64,000 nucleotides of DNA, taken from NCBI GenBank assembly GCA_965200315.1, contig OZ241362.1, forward strand, positions 2,848,001-2,912,000, given 5' to 3'. Positions 27,522-37,717 of this stretch are shown in pieces. The notes under the pieces were generated by a model, which saw only the letters and a program-made list of their open reading frames with translations, was not told the DNA's origin and ran no database searches. A program made the translations under genes and the position numbers. Source of the DNA: Candidatus Latescibacterota bacterium (lineage in GTDB: Bacteria > Latescibacterota > UBA2968 > UBA8231). Positions within the stretch are counted from its first letter, which is position 1, and each line of letters begins with the position of its first letter.

Positions 27522-28382
27522 ATGACGAATCAAATTGACCACACTTTCAAGGCCGCGCCGACCCACGACGAACTGCGCGAAATGGACCGCGACTTGCGCT
27601 TCTACCCCAGCACCGTCGATGACCCCACCACCCTCGCTACCGAACAGATCGCTGCTTTCAACCGAGACGGCTACCTCAAGGGCTTTCGCATTTTCGACGA
27701 GGCTGAGATCGCCGGACACCGGGCCTTTTTTGACGGGCAACTGAGAAAGGTCTTGGCTGCCGGCTATGGCAGCTTCACCCTTAGCTCGGCGCATCTCAAG
27801 TTCGCCAAGGTCTATGACCTCATGCACCACCCCAAGATCCTCGCCTACATCCACGATCTCCTCGGCCCCGAACTAATCGGCCTAGCCTCGCACTACTTCT
27901 GCAAGATGCCCAAGGACGGCACGACCATCTCCTGGCACCAGGACGCCAGCTATTGGCCGCTGACGCCCTCCAAGACGGCGACCGTCTGGCTGGCTATTGA
28001 CGACGCTGACATCGACAATGGTTGTATGCGCTTCGTCGCGGGCTCGCATCTCCACGGCCAACTCGAATTCCGCCCGAGCGACGCCTCGGAAAACAACGTC
28101 CTCAATCAGACGGTAGATGATGTTGAGCGCTACGGTGAGATCGTCGATGTCGAGCTCAAGGCCGGTGAGATATCGATCCACTCCGATCTGCTTTTGCACA
28201 GCTCACACTACAATGAATCGGATCGCCGTCGTTGCGGGCTAACGCTGCGCTACTGCACCCCCGACGTGCGCGCGATCCCCGGCTACGCTTGGGAAAAGGA
28301 AGGCGTGCTGATCAACGCCGCCGATCCTGCTGGCCACTGGGGCAACCCGAGTCGGCCCGAGCGCGACTACGAGGTGGCCTGA
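27522..28382 (+). CDS. PhyH-family dioxygenase
   Basis: FNRDGY, SWHQDASYWPL, DNGCMRFVAGSH, SIHSDLLLHSS..N...RRCG. Confidence 0.92.
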   Translation: MTNQIDHTFKAAPTHDELREMDRDLRFYPSTVDDPTTLATEQIAAFNRDGYLKGFRIFDEAEIAGHRAFFDGQLRKVLAAGYGSFTLSSAHLKFAKVYDLMHHPKILAYIHDLLGPELIGLASHYFCKMPKDGTTISWHQDASYWPLTPSKTATVWLAIDDADIDNGCMRFVAGSHLHGQLEFRPSDASENNVLNQTVDDVERYGEIVDVELKAGEISIHSDLLLHSSHYNESDRRRCGLTLRYCTPDVRAIPGYAWEKEGVLINAADPAGHWGNPSRPERDYEVA

Positions 28383-28400
28383 GCCGCATAGCGCGGATCT
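28242..28400 (+). repeat. Direct repeat copy 1 (3' end of PhyH gene); copy 2 at 29920-30078
   Basis: About 159 bp with 9 mismatches by manual alignment. Confidence 0.9.
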
Positions 28401-28443
28401 TTTGCTACGGCATGAGCAACAACGAATACTCCTTCTGTCCCTA

Positions 28444-28833
28444 TCACTCGTCCGAGGACTGCCATCGGCAGACTTGGAAAGGATCACGATAATGACATTC
28501 GGCTAGTGTCCGACAAGCGGCTGCTACGCGCTTCTTAGCCACCTCTAAGGTATCGGATTCCCAAAAAACCTCGGGGCCATCCAGAAATTCGGGCGTCTGA
28601 TTCAAATCCCAAAAGTCGGCGGGGCCAAAGACTACAGAGTCAAGTATGCGGGGGCAGGAGGAAGGGTTGTCCTCTTGAGCAGCACAAACGGGTACTGCCG
28701 CTTCGTACCACGCCGCGATAGCCTGTTCCCAATTGGCCTGTTGGTTTTGACACGGAACACTTGGGAGCGGACTTTTCGGGTCTGAGCAGGCCCCCCAAAT
28801 ACAACCGACTATTAAAAGAAAAAGGAAACGCAT
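28444..28833 (-). CDS. Hypothetical Cys-rich lipoprotein
   Basis: MRFLFLLIVGCIWGAC lipobox-like signal; several Cys; RBS GGGG; inside an AT-richer insert. Confidence 0.6.
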   Translation of the reverse strand: MRFLFLLIVGCIWGACSDPKSPLPSVPCQNQQANWEQAIAAWYEAAVPVCAAQEDNPSSCPRILDSVVFGPADFWDLNQTPEFLDGPEVFWESDTLEVAKKRVAAACRTLAECHYRDPFQVCRWQSSDE

Positions 28834-28841
28834 ACTACCCC

Positions 28842-29468
28842 CTATGGCTGACTACACGATATGGGTATTTTTTCGTACTTACACACATTCTTTACTTCGT
28901 AGTACTTCTCGTACATGATACTGTTGATTTCATCCAAGTCCTCTACAGTTCTGCGAACGACCCACTTGGGTTTCATGTTCTCCATTCTATTTGAACAACC
29001 CTTTCCGCTGATGATTTTATTATACGTTATTTTTAAGGTACAAGTTCCATATGGTTCCGTTGCCGTCCGGTCCTTACACACTTCACCGTAGCGATCACAG
29101 CTTGAATCGTAAAAGCTATGCCCACTACCTATACAGCGGTGTTTGGCCTCTACGTGATAGTGATAGAGATAATCATCGTCTGGATAGTGAATTACAGGAA
29201 GGACTTGGGGGCTTTCTGGTCTCGGACGGTCATCCTTGGTTAGCGCAATGCGGTATAAGACATCTCGGGAGCCCGTCAGTCGAGTTGCCGAACCACACGA
29301 CTCGGGGCAGCACCCTGTCGCCGCATTTCTTACCGGAGTGGTAGCTTGGTATCCGGGCGGGGCGTTATAGACGCGCGAGCCGTGCCCTTGGACAGGATGG
29401 GCCGCCCAAAGGATAATGGCCAAACATAACACCAGCCATTGATGCAAGGGTCGATTAATAGCTGTCAT
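28842..29468 (-). CDS. Hypothetical secreted Cys-rich protein
   Basis: AGGAG RBS, signal peptide (..LAIILWAAHPVQG), about 10 Cys in the mature part, AT-rich codons. Confidence 0.6.
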   Translation of the reverse strand: MTAINRPLHQWLVLCLAIILWAAHPVQGHGSRVYNAPPGYQATTPVRNAATGCCPESCGSATRLTGSRDVLYRIALTKDDRPRPESPQVLPVIHYPDDDYLYHYHVEAKHRCIGSGHSFYDSSCDRYGEVCKDRTATEPYGTCTLKITYNKIISGKGCSNRMENMKPKWVVRRTVEDLDEINSIMYEKYYEVKNVCKYEKIPISCSQP

Positions 29469-29919
29469 GGTACGTCTCCTTTAGAGAGAATGGTGAAAGA
29501 GTAGCGTCGATTAGAGCCGTACAGACCAAGGCCAATCCGGCACCAAACGAAGGGCGGATAGGCGACCAACGGCTCCCGCTCATCGGCAGCGCCTACGAGA
29601 CTAGGACAGAATATACCGGCCGGAACCGCCATTTTGCTGATCGTTAGCAAAAAACAGTTCTGCCGTAATGCGCTTGTCATTGACGGCTCGTTTGACCAAG
29701 GGCCTTATCAAAGTTCAAATATGACGTAAGTCTACCAAAAAAAAAAACTTAGGTGTCAAGTACTTTTTGCAGTTTTTTTAAAAAAATGCGGACGAAAGAA
29801 TCAGCCCTTCGTCCTCTTTGGGTTTAACCGTTGTTATCGGTAGTTCATTCTCTATACTTTTGCTAGTACAATAGTTAGCAATCATGCAGAGATACCGATA
29901 CTGCGTACCCGGCCGCATT

Positions 29920-30078
29920 ACGCTGCGCTACTGCACCCCCGACGTGCACGCAATCCCCGGCTACGCTTGGGAGAAGGAAGGCGTGCTGATCAACGCCGCC
30001 GACCCGGCTGGCCACTGGGGCAACCCGACCCGGCCCGAGCGCGACTACGAGGTGGCCTGAGCCGCGTAGCGCAGATCT
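29920..30078 (+). repeat. Direct repeat copy 2 (orphan PhyH 3' fragment)
   Basis: Encodes TLRYCTPDVHAIPGYAWEKEGVLINAADPAGHWGNPTRPERDYEVA* with no 5' part. Confidence 0.9.
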
Positions 30079-30179
30079 ACGAGTTTTAACGCGCCTTCAA
30101 GGCGTACAAATTAACGCGCAGGCTAGGCCCGCTACCCGCGCATCTGACGGGTCTGGTCTTTTCTACATAAGAGATGCCC

Positions 30180-31658
30180 ATGGCAAACGACAGACCGCAC
30201 GTTCTCCTGATTACCACCGACCATTGGTCTGCTTCCCTCTTGGGCGAAGCCAACCATTCCGCCATTCTCACCCCCACCCTCGACTCCTTAGCCCGCAACG
30301 GCACCCGCTTCTCCAACGCCTATAGCGAATGCCCGGTCTGCATTCCCGCTCGTCGCACCCTGATGACGGGGACTTCGCCGCGCACCCACGGAGACCGGGT
30401 CTTCAAAACGACCGCCCCCATGCCCGAGCTGCCGACCGTGGCGCAAACCTTCCGCGACGCAGGCTACCAAGCGTATGCCGTTGGCAAGCTCCACGTCTAT
30501 CCCCAGCGCGACCGCATCGGTTTCGACGACGTGCTCCTCGACGAAGAGGGCCGGCCGCACTTGGGAGCGGTTGACGACTACGATCTCTTCTTGGCGGATA
30601 AAGGTCATGCGGGCATGGGGTTTGCCCACGGCATGAGCAACAACGAATACTCCTTTCGCCCTTGGCACTTGCCCGAGGACTGCCATCCCACCTGCTGGGC
30701 GGCTCACCAGATGAGCCGGATGATCAAGCGGCGCAACCCGGCCAAACCCGGCTTCTGGTATCTGTCCTTTCGCCACCCGCACCCACCGCTGGTCCCCTTG
30801 CAGAGCTATCTCGACCTCTACCGCGATATCGAGATCGACGCGCCGCACTGCGGTACTTGGTCGCACGACTTCGACCAATTGCCCTATGCGCTCAAAGTCA
30901 TTCAGGGAGCCAACGTCCACCTCAAGGGGCCGGAGGTCCTGCGCATTCGCCGCGCTTTCTACGCGCTCTGCACCCAGATTGACCACCAGCTTCGCGTGGT
31001 CATCGGCACTTTGCGCGAGGAGGGGCTGCTCGACAATACCATTATTTGCTTCACGGCCGATCACGGCGATATGCTCGGCAACCACGGCTTCTGGGCCAAG
31101 CGCCTCTACTACGAGCAGTCGGCCAACGTGCCGATGATCTTGCTCGGAGGTGGGGACGGACGAGTGCCGCACCACACGGTCGATGACCGCCTCGTCGGCT
31201 GGCAGGATGTCATGCCGACTTTGCTCGACCTAGCGGGCATCGACATCCCCGACACGGTCGAGGGCCTATCCATGGTCGGCGAGGAACGGCGCAGTTATCT
31301 CTACGGCGAATGCGGCGAAGGGACGAATGCCACCCGCATGATCCACGCGGGGCGACACAAGCTGATCTACTATCCAGTCGGCAACCGCGTCCAGCTCTTC
31401 GACCTCGAAAGCGACCCCAGCGAGCTGAACGACCTAACTGGCTCACCCGACCACGCCGCAATCCAAGCCCAGCTTAGCGAGCGCCTCGTCGGCGAACTCT
31501 ACGGCGGCGACAAAGCTTGGGTCAAAGACGATCAACTCGTCGGCTTACCCGACCGGCAATGGGCACCCCATCCCAACCGCAACCTCTCCGGTCAACGCGG
31601 CCTGCACTATCCCACGCTGCCCCAGATCGACGCAGACAAAGTCGTTGGAGCGTCGTGA
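30180..31658 (+). CDS. Sulfatase (Cys-type, arylsulfatase/choline-sulfatase-like)
   Basis: PVCIPARRTLMTG formylglycine motif, GKLH, HPHPP, TADHGDMLG, K..YYE.S..VP. Confidence 0.92.
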   Translation: MANDRPHVLLITTDHWSASLLGEANHSAILTPTLDSLARNGTRFSNAYSECPVCIPARRTLMTGTSPRTHGDRVFKTTAPMPELPTVAQTFRDAGYQAYAVGKLHVYPQRDRIGFDDVLLDEEGRPHLGAVDDYDLFLADKGHAGMGFAHGMSNNEYSFRPWHLPEDCHPTCWAAHQMSRMIKRRNPAKPGFWYLSFRHPHPPLVPLQSYLDLYRDIEIDAPHCGTWSHDFDQLPYALKVIQGANVHLKGPEVLRIRRAFYALCTQIDHQLRVVIGTLREEGLLDNTIICFTADHGDMLGNHGFWAKRLYYEQSANVPMILLGGGDGRVPHHTVDDRLVGWQDVMPTLLDLAGIDIPDTVEGLSMVGEERRSYLYGECGEGTNATRMIHAGRHKLIYYPVGNRVQLFDLESDPSELNDLTGSPDHAAIQAQLSERLVGELYGGDKAWVKDDQLVGLPDRQWAPHPNRNLSGQRGLHYPTLPQIDADKVVGAS

Positions 31659-33107
31659 ACCCTCGTAATTTCCTCTTCATCTTGTCCGACCAGCACCACC
31701 GGCTCGCCAGCGGCTGCTACGGCCATCCGCTAGTGCAGACACCCCATCTCGACTCCTTAGCCGAGCGCGGCACCCGCTTCCAGAACGCCTATACCAACTG
31801 CCCGATCTGCGTCCCTGCTCGCGCGTCCCTTGCCACCGGCCGCTACGTGCATCAGATCGGCTACTGGGACAACGGGCATCCCTACGACGGGACGCCCGTC
31901 TCCTGGCATCAGCACCTGCGCGAACAGGGCTTCTGCTGCGACTCGATCGGCAAGTTGCACTTCAAGGGGCAAGGCGCAGACCACGGATTTAGCGAGGAAA
32001 TCGAGCCGCTGCACGTAGTGGATGGCGTCGGCGATGTACTCGGCTGCATCCGCGATCGCCCGCCCTTGCGCGACAAGCACGGGGAGCTTGGGCGGGCAGG
32101 CGCGGGCGACTCGACTTATTTGCAGTACGACGCCCGCTGCACCGAACACGCCCTGCGCTGGCTCGCCGAGCACCGCGACGATGCCAAGCCTTGGGTGGTC
32201 TTCCTCAATTTCGTCTGCCCGCATCCACCCTATATCGCCCCGCCGGAAATCTACGCCCGCTATCCGCTCGCAGACGTGCCGCTGCCGCCGCAGTGGACGC
32301 CCGACACGTGGCCCGATCATCCGGCATGTAGACTACTTCCGCCGCTTCTTCCGCTTTGACCAAGGGCACCGCGAAGAAACGGTGCGGCGAGTTACAGCCG
32401 CGTACTATGGGACTACGACCTACCTCGACCAGCAGATCGGTCGCGTACTCAGTGCGCTCGACGAGCTGGCCCTGACGGACTCTACCCGTGTGCTCTATAC
32501 CTCCGACCACGGAGAATGTTTGGGAGCCCGCGGCATCTTCGGCAAGTTTACGCTCTACGACGAAGCGGCGGCTGTGCCGATGATTATGGCTGGTCCTGAC
32601 GTGCCGGAGGGAAAAGTGGTGCAGACGCCCGTTTCTTTGGTGGATTGTTTTCCAACCGCTCTCAAGTGCGTTGGGGCTAAACAGATCGACGAAGCCTTGC
32701 CCGGTCGGTCGCTGTGGCAGATCGCGCAAGAGGACGATCAAGAACGCACCGTCTTTAGCGAGTATCACGCGCTGGGCACTGAGCACGGCACCTATATGTT
32801 GCGCCGCAATCGCTACAAGTACAATTACTACGTCGGTGCGCCACCGCAGCTCTTTGACTTGGCAGAGGATCCCGACGAACTAGAACTAAACGACTTGTCG
32901 GGAATGCCAGAGTACCAAGACCTGTTGAGAGATTGCGAGAGAGAATTGCGCACCTTGCTCGACCCGGAAGCGGTTGACGAGCAGGCCCGTGCCAGCCAGC
33001 GGGCGACAGTCGAAGCGGCGGGCGGGACTGCTGCGGTAATTCAACGCGGAGCCTTCGACCACTCACCCACGCCCGGAGAAAAGGCCGCGTTTAGGCCGCA
33101 CAAATGA
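31655..33107 (+). pseudogene. Sulfatase (choline-sulfatase-like) split by a frameshift near 32325
   Basis: 5' part (GTG 31655) has SDQH, PICVPARASLATG, GKLH, PHPP; 3' part in another frame has YTSDHGE, GKFTLYDE, SEYHA, PQLFDL. The frame changes at WPDHPA/VDYFRRFF. Confidence 0.8.
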
Positions 33108-33256
33108 TGCTGAGCAGCACCCGTTTAGCATACTGACTGACGCTACGCAGTCCGCTTCCATAGCGTCGTGCCCTTCGACCGGCTCAGGGCACACCGCCGA
33201 CCAGTGCGGGCTGAGCTTGTCGAAGCCCAAGTTTCTAACGCCACTGCATAACATCA
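33105..33256. repeat. MITE-like unit containing an inverted pair of CCCTTCGAC(A/C)(A/G)GCTCAG REP-like palindromes
   Basis: CCCTTCGACCGGCTCAGGG (33171) and GGGCTGAGCTTGTCGAAGCCC (33208); outer imperfect TIR TGATGCTGAGCAG / CTGCATAACATCA. Confidence 0.5.
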
Positions 33257-33319
33257 GGTACTGATACACAAGGCTGTAGGCCCATTTGCCCGGACGTACT
33301 GTCGGTCTTTTCTTTTTTT

Positions 33320-34621
33320 ATGCCCGACACCTCAAGCAACACGGCAAATCCCAAGCACAGACTTTCTCCCGCAGCTCGTCGCCGCAGCCAGTCGCGGCTG
33401 ATCGGCGTCGCCGTTAGCGGATCAATCAGTAGTGCCCTCCTCACTTCCATCGTCCCCCTCTTTCTCCTCTCGCTCAATGCTTCGCCTTTTCTCATCGGCT
33501 TAGTCGCCACCAGCGAGTATTTACAGAGGATGGGGCGCGTCGTCGGGTTGCAGCTAATGCACCGCACCGGGAAGGCCGGGGTCTTCTTTTGGGGGCGGCT
33601 ATGCTCGTTCCCGGCGGGGCTAGCACTGGCGCTGTTGGCGTTCTACGGCGCGGACGGGGCTTGGGCCGCTTGGATCGGCCTAGCCCTGTTTAGCGCGCGC
33701 GGTCTCGCATACCAAGCTGGCAACACTGCTTGGTGGCCCCTAGTCCAAGACAACACCGCTAGCAGCGGGGTCGGAGCCTTTCTCACGCGCATGCGCCTTC
33801 AGCAGCGCATGCTCGAACTCGTCTTGCCCATCCTGATCGGCTGGTACCTCGGCTCTCAGCCCGTGGCCGGCGACTTCGGTCCGCTCTTTGCCCTAGCGGT
33901 TTTCTCCACCTGCGGTGGCGCCTTCTTGGTACGCTCAGTAGCTGAGCAACCTCTGTCCCCGCCCGGGGAAGGTCTAATTGGCCGCTTGCGCCAAGCCTTA
34001 GCCACGCCCCCGATGCGCACGTACACCCTCTTCATTATGGCCCGCACGGCCGTGCTAGCGGCAACCTTCCCGCTGTGGGTCGTGGCACTCACGGATGGGG
34101 GACTGCCCGTTAGCTACTTCGTCTGGATGACGCCAGTACAAGCCCTCGGCTATGTGGCTGGGCTGCATGGCTGGGGACGGATGGTGGACCGACACGGCAG
34201 CCGGGGACCACTGACCATCACCCTGTTGCTGCAAGCGGCCATGGCACCCGCTTGGCTCTTTCTGCCTACGGGACTCCCGTGGATCGCACTTTGGGCGGGG
34301 GGTGTCTATTTGCTCTGGGGCGCACTGGATGGCGGCTATCAGATGGGGCAATCGCGGGCGATGCTCGACGCCGTTTCCAAAGAGTACCAAGCCGAAGGGT
34401 TCTCCCTTGCAATGTACGCTTCGGCGCTAGGCGGTTTTGTCGGCGGCATCGCGGGGGGGGCGTGTTTTCAATGGTCTGCTGCGTTGGCTGGTTCGCGGGG
34501 ACCGCTTTTTTACTTGTGTGCAGTCCAGCTCGCATTTGCTGCGGCTTGGCTGCTCAGCACTCGGCTGGTTGGCTACCGGGAGCAAACTCCCGTGCGGCGC
34601 TTCTGGCGCTTGTCATCTTAA
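33320..34621 (+). CDS. MFS-type transporter
   Basis: About 12 hydrophobic segments; WGRMVDRHGSR loop motif. Confidence 0.8.
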   Translation: MPDTSSNTANPKHRLSPAARRRSQSRLIGVAVSGSISSALLTSIVPLFLLSLNASPFLIGLVATSEYLQRMGRVVGLQLMHRTGKAGVFFWGRLCSFPAGLALALLAFYGADGAWAAWIGLALFSARGLAYQAGNTAWWPLVQDNTASSGVGAFLTRMRLQQRMLELVLPILIGWYLGSQPVAGDFGPLFALAVFSTCGGAFLVRSVAEQPLSPPGEGLIGRLRQALATPPMRTYTLFIMARTAVLAATFPLWVVALTDGGLPVSYFVWMTPVQALGYVAGLHGWGRMVDRHGSRGPLTITLLLQAAMAPAWLFLPTGLPWIALWAGGVYLLWGALDGGYQMGQSRAMLDAVSKEYQAEGFSLAMYASALGGFVGGIAGGACFQWSAALAGSRGPLFYLCAVQLAFAAAWLLSTRLVGYREQTPVRRFWRLSS

Positions 34622-34669
34622 AGCCTTCGTCTTATGCTGCTAATTTCTGCATTGATTATGATTTCTTAA

Positions 34670-34994
34670 ACGTTTGGTGTGAATAGTTTTTACCATTTCG
34701 CAGTTCGGCGAAAGCCATGGGGGGCTTCCGAGGTTTAGGTTGATACAGATACATATATTGTGGAGGGCGACCTTAGCCGCTAGTCGGGCTTGTATTCCAG
34801 TCAGGTCATGGGCGACCACTTCGCTGCGCGTCAAAATCGGATTTGCAAAAATCATCAACCCATACATATACTGTACTCATAAAGGTGTCTATGTCTAGCA
34901 TCGTCCGTACTCCTTGGCGAAGGGGAACTTATACCACGATGAACAGAACATAGGCACCTTTGCTTATTCTACCATAATAATCCACACCAAACGT
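34670..34994 (-). mobile_element. Internally deleted IS982-family element (325 bp) with intact ends
   Basis: TIRs ACGTTTGGTGTG(A/G)AT, TTAA duplicated on both sides; retains transposase N-terminus MLDIDTFMSTVYVWVDDFCKS and C-terminus HDLTGIQARLAAKVALHNICI. Confidence 0.8.
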
Positions 34995-35013
34995 TTAAGA
35001 TGCCCTCATACGC

Positions 35014-36123
35014 ATGATCCATACCGCAGAAGCACTGGCTGAACTTGTCGAGCGCGCTCTAGACTGCGAGCGCGTTGCCCTAGACACGGAATTCGTTTGG
35101 AACCGCACCTATTATCCCAAGTTGGGGGTGATCCAACTGGCTCTCGCCAGCGACGATTGCTACCTGATCGACCCGGTGGCGATTGCGGATCTTTCGCCTC
35201 TTGGTGCCCTATTAGAGCACGCGGAGGTCGAACTGATTCTCCACGACGCCCAACAGGACTTGGCTATTTTGCGCCGGGCCACGGGAGCTTTTCCGCGCAA
35301 TGTCTTCGACACCCGCTGCGCGGCCGGGCTTGCCAATATGAGCTCTACCTCTTCGCTGGCCGAACTCTTGGAGCAAACCCTCGGCGTGGTCCTCGACAAA
35401 ACCGAGACGCTCACCAATTGGGTCCGCCGCCCGCTCTCGGAGGACCAGTTGGCGTACGCCATTGAGGATGTGCGCTATCTGCACGAGGTGCGCAAGATGT
35501 TGCAGGCTCGCGTCGAAGAAATTGGTCGCAGCACTTGGCTGATCGAGGAAATGGCCGCGTACGACGACCCGCGGCTATACGAGGAGCGAGACCCACGCGA
35601 GCAATTCACGCGGATTAAGGGCACGGGCGGCGCTTCCCGACGCGAGTTGGCCATCCTCCGCGAGTTGGCCGCTTGGCGCGAAGAGGAAGCCCAGCGACGC
35701 GACCGGCCGCGCAATCACGTGTTGCCGGACGAAGTCCTCGTGTTACTGGCCCGGCGCAAACCCCAATCGATGGAGGAACTAGGTCGGCTCCACGCACTCG
35801 GTAAGCGCCGCTCTGACCGCTACCTGCTCGAACCGATCCGCCGTGGCTTGGCCGTCCCCGACGAGGAGTGCCCTCCCCGACCACGACGACCACAGATCAA
35901 AAAAGAGGTCGTCGAATGCAAACTCGCCCGGTCCATGGATTGCTTGCGCCGCCAAAGCGATGCAGCGCAGATTGACGCACCTTTTGTTGCGGCCCGCGCC
36001 GAAGTGCGCAACCTAGTCCTCGACGCGGGTGCTGCCACGCCCGAAGATCATCGCCTCCTGCGCGGGTGGCGGCGCGATTTTATTGGCGAAGCCTTATACG
36101 GCATCGCTACCTGCCCCGAGTGA
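35014..36123 (+). CDS. rnd: Ribonuclease D
   Basis: ALDTEF...TYYP.L..IQ, H...QDL, FDT, TNW..RPLS..QL.YA..DV; HRDC domain WRE..A...DRPR..VL.D. Confidence 0.92.
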   Translation: MIHTAEALAELVERALDCERVALDTEFVWNRTYYPKLGVIQLALASDDCYLIDPVAIADLSPLGALLEHAEVELILHDAQQDLAILRRATGAFPRNVFDTRCAAGLANMSSTSSLAELLEQTLGVVLDKTETLTNWVRRPLSEDQLAYAIEDVRYLHEVRKMLQARVEEIGRSTWLIEEMAAYDDPRLYEERDPREQFTRIKGTGGASRRELAILRELAAWREEEAQRRDRPRNHVLPDEVLVLLARRKPQSMEELGRLHALGKRRSDRYLLEPIRRGLAVPDEECPPRPRRPQIKKEVVECKLARSMDCLRRQSDAAQIDAPFVAARAEVRNLVLDAGAATPEDHRLLRGWRRDFIGEALYGIATCPE

Positions 36124-37717
36124 GCGGGCTGAGCCGCGCCAGATCAGGCAGAGCGGCACTACCAGCACCACCAGCACCGACGAAGATATTAGCCCTCCCG
36201 ATGTACCCAAGGCCAAGGTGTACCAGATGTCGCCCCGGTCTCCTTGCAACAGCAACGGCAAAAAGCCGGCGATCGTCGTCAGCGTGGTAATGAAAATGGG
36301 GCGCAACCGCTGGAAAGCGGCGCGGATAACCGCGTCCTGCACAGACGCTGGCTATGTTCGTAACGCGCTAGAAATGTGATGTACCAGTAAGATGGAATTG
36401 TTCACGGAAATACCCATCAAAAGCAGTAGCGCAGCATATCCACCTTGGTCGAAAGAAGCACCCGACAAGTAAAACCCGGCACCCACCCCGATCAGGGCGA
36501 GCGGCAGGGGCGAGCAACACCATTAGCGGTCGGGTCCAAGACTCAAAGAGCGCCGCCGCGATCATCCAAACTAAGACGACCGAGAGTAGCACTATGAGGG
36601 CCAGTTCTCGTTCTTCCTCTTCACTGAAAACCGACATCATATAACCCCGCGACAGGCTGTATCCGTAGGGTATAGGTGTGTGGTCCATTATATCCTACAC
36701 CACCATTTCGGCGTAGGAAAAATCGCCCAAGATCGTAAACTCGACCTCTTTGATGTAGCGTTGATTTTCCCGCTTGATCTCGGGCCGCACATAGTGCTTT
36801 TGCAAGCGGCTGACATCGCCGATGCGGGCACCCCCTTCCGCCCGTAAGGCTTGATTCAAGCGGCGCAGATCGGTACGGCGGGCCGTCGTATCAGCAACAG
36901 CGGCCATATACTCCCGACGGTCCACGTACAGCTTGGCGACCGGGGCTCCGCCGTCGAGCCGGGTTTGTATCTGATCGGCGACTGCGGCGTGGTCAAGGCC
37001 CAGCGGCGCGGTCTTGGCGTGGTCAATCTGGGCTAGCACCTCGTAACGAGGTGGCCCATAGGCGCGGTCGATGTGAATATCCTTGCTCCGCCGCGATCGG
37101 CGATCCTGCAATCGCTCGGCGATTCCGGTGGCGATTTGGCCTACCTGCCTAAAATTATAGCCCTTTACTTCCAGTCGCCTCGACGCACTCAAGCCACCTC
37201 CTAGTCCTCTCCCCTCTGGTTCTAGGTCCTGACTCCATATACGAAAACCGACGCCGCCGATGTTGTGCCCGTAAGCCGCTAAATTGTCGTATAGCACGTA
37301 GGGCACATTCGACTTTTTGTACTCCTCCTCCATCAACACCTGCACAAGTCCATACCGGCCATGCGTTTGGGTGATAATCCCCTTGATGTACGGGAAAAAC
37401 AAGAGTACCTGCTTTTCAATGCCCTGCAACAGCCCGTCCAATCGGCTGATGTGCGCGTTGTGCGGCATCTCGAGGAAGACGATCAGGGAAAACCCCTCGG
37501 TTATTTCCCGCAAGAGGTGTCCATACGGAGACTCTTCTATGCGGTGGCCGACGTCGCGGAACAGAAAGTAGGTCGCACCACCAAACGCACTAAAAAGCAC
37601 CGGTTTAATCACGCCTAATAGCGGGTTGCCCCACACCGCGTTGTAGAGCCGCGTCCCTCCATCGTAGAGCCGTTCCCAAGCGGAATCTGACCCCTCTTCC
37701 CTCTCAGAGATCAACAC
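36122..37717 (-). pseudogene. Fragmented AcrB/AcrD/AcrF (RND efflux) gene, C-terminal half only
   Basis: Three frames: periplasmic part (EIKRENQRY), AALFESWTRPLMVL, and RLRPIFITTLTTIAGFLPL. The N-terminal half is absent. Confidence 0.8.

Noticed and set aside
29465-29680. 71-aa ORF upstream of the Cys-rich genes
   Set aside because: No RBS or motif; more likely part of the leader region.
28242-30078. DGR template/variable repeat interpretation of the 159-bp direct repeat
   Set aside because: The mismatches are mixed (G/A, A/G, T/C, T/G, G/C), not adenine-specific, and there is no reverse transcriptase in the window.
32877-32888. 6-nt tandem duplication GAACTA giving DELELND in the second sulfatase
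   Set aside because: Simple in-frame slippage, unrelated to the 27-nt element.
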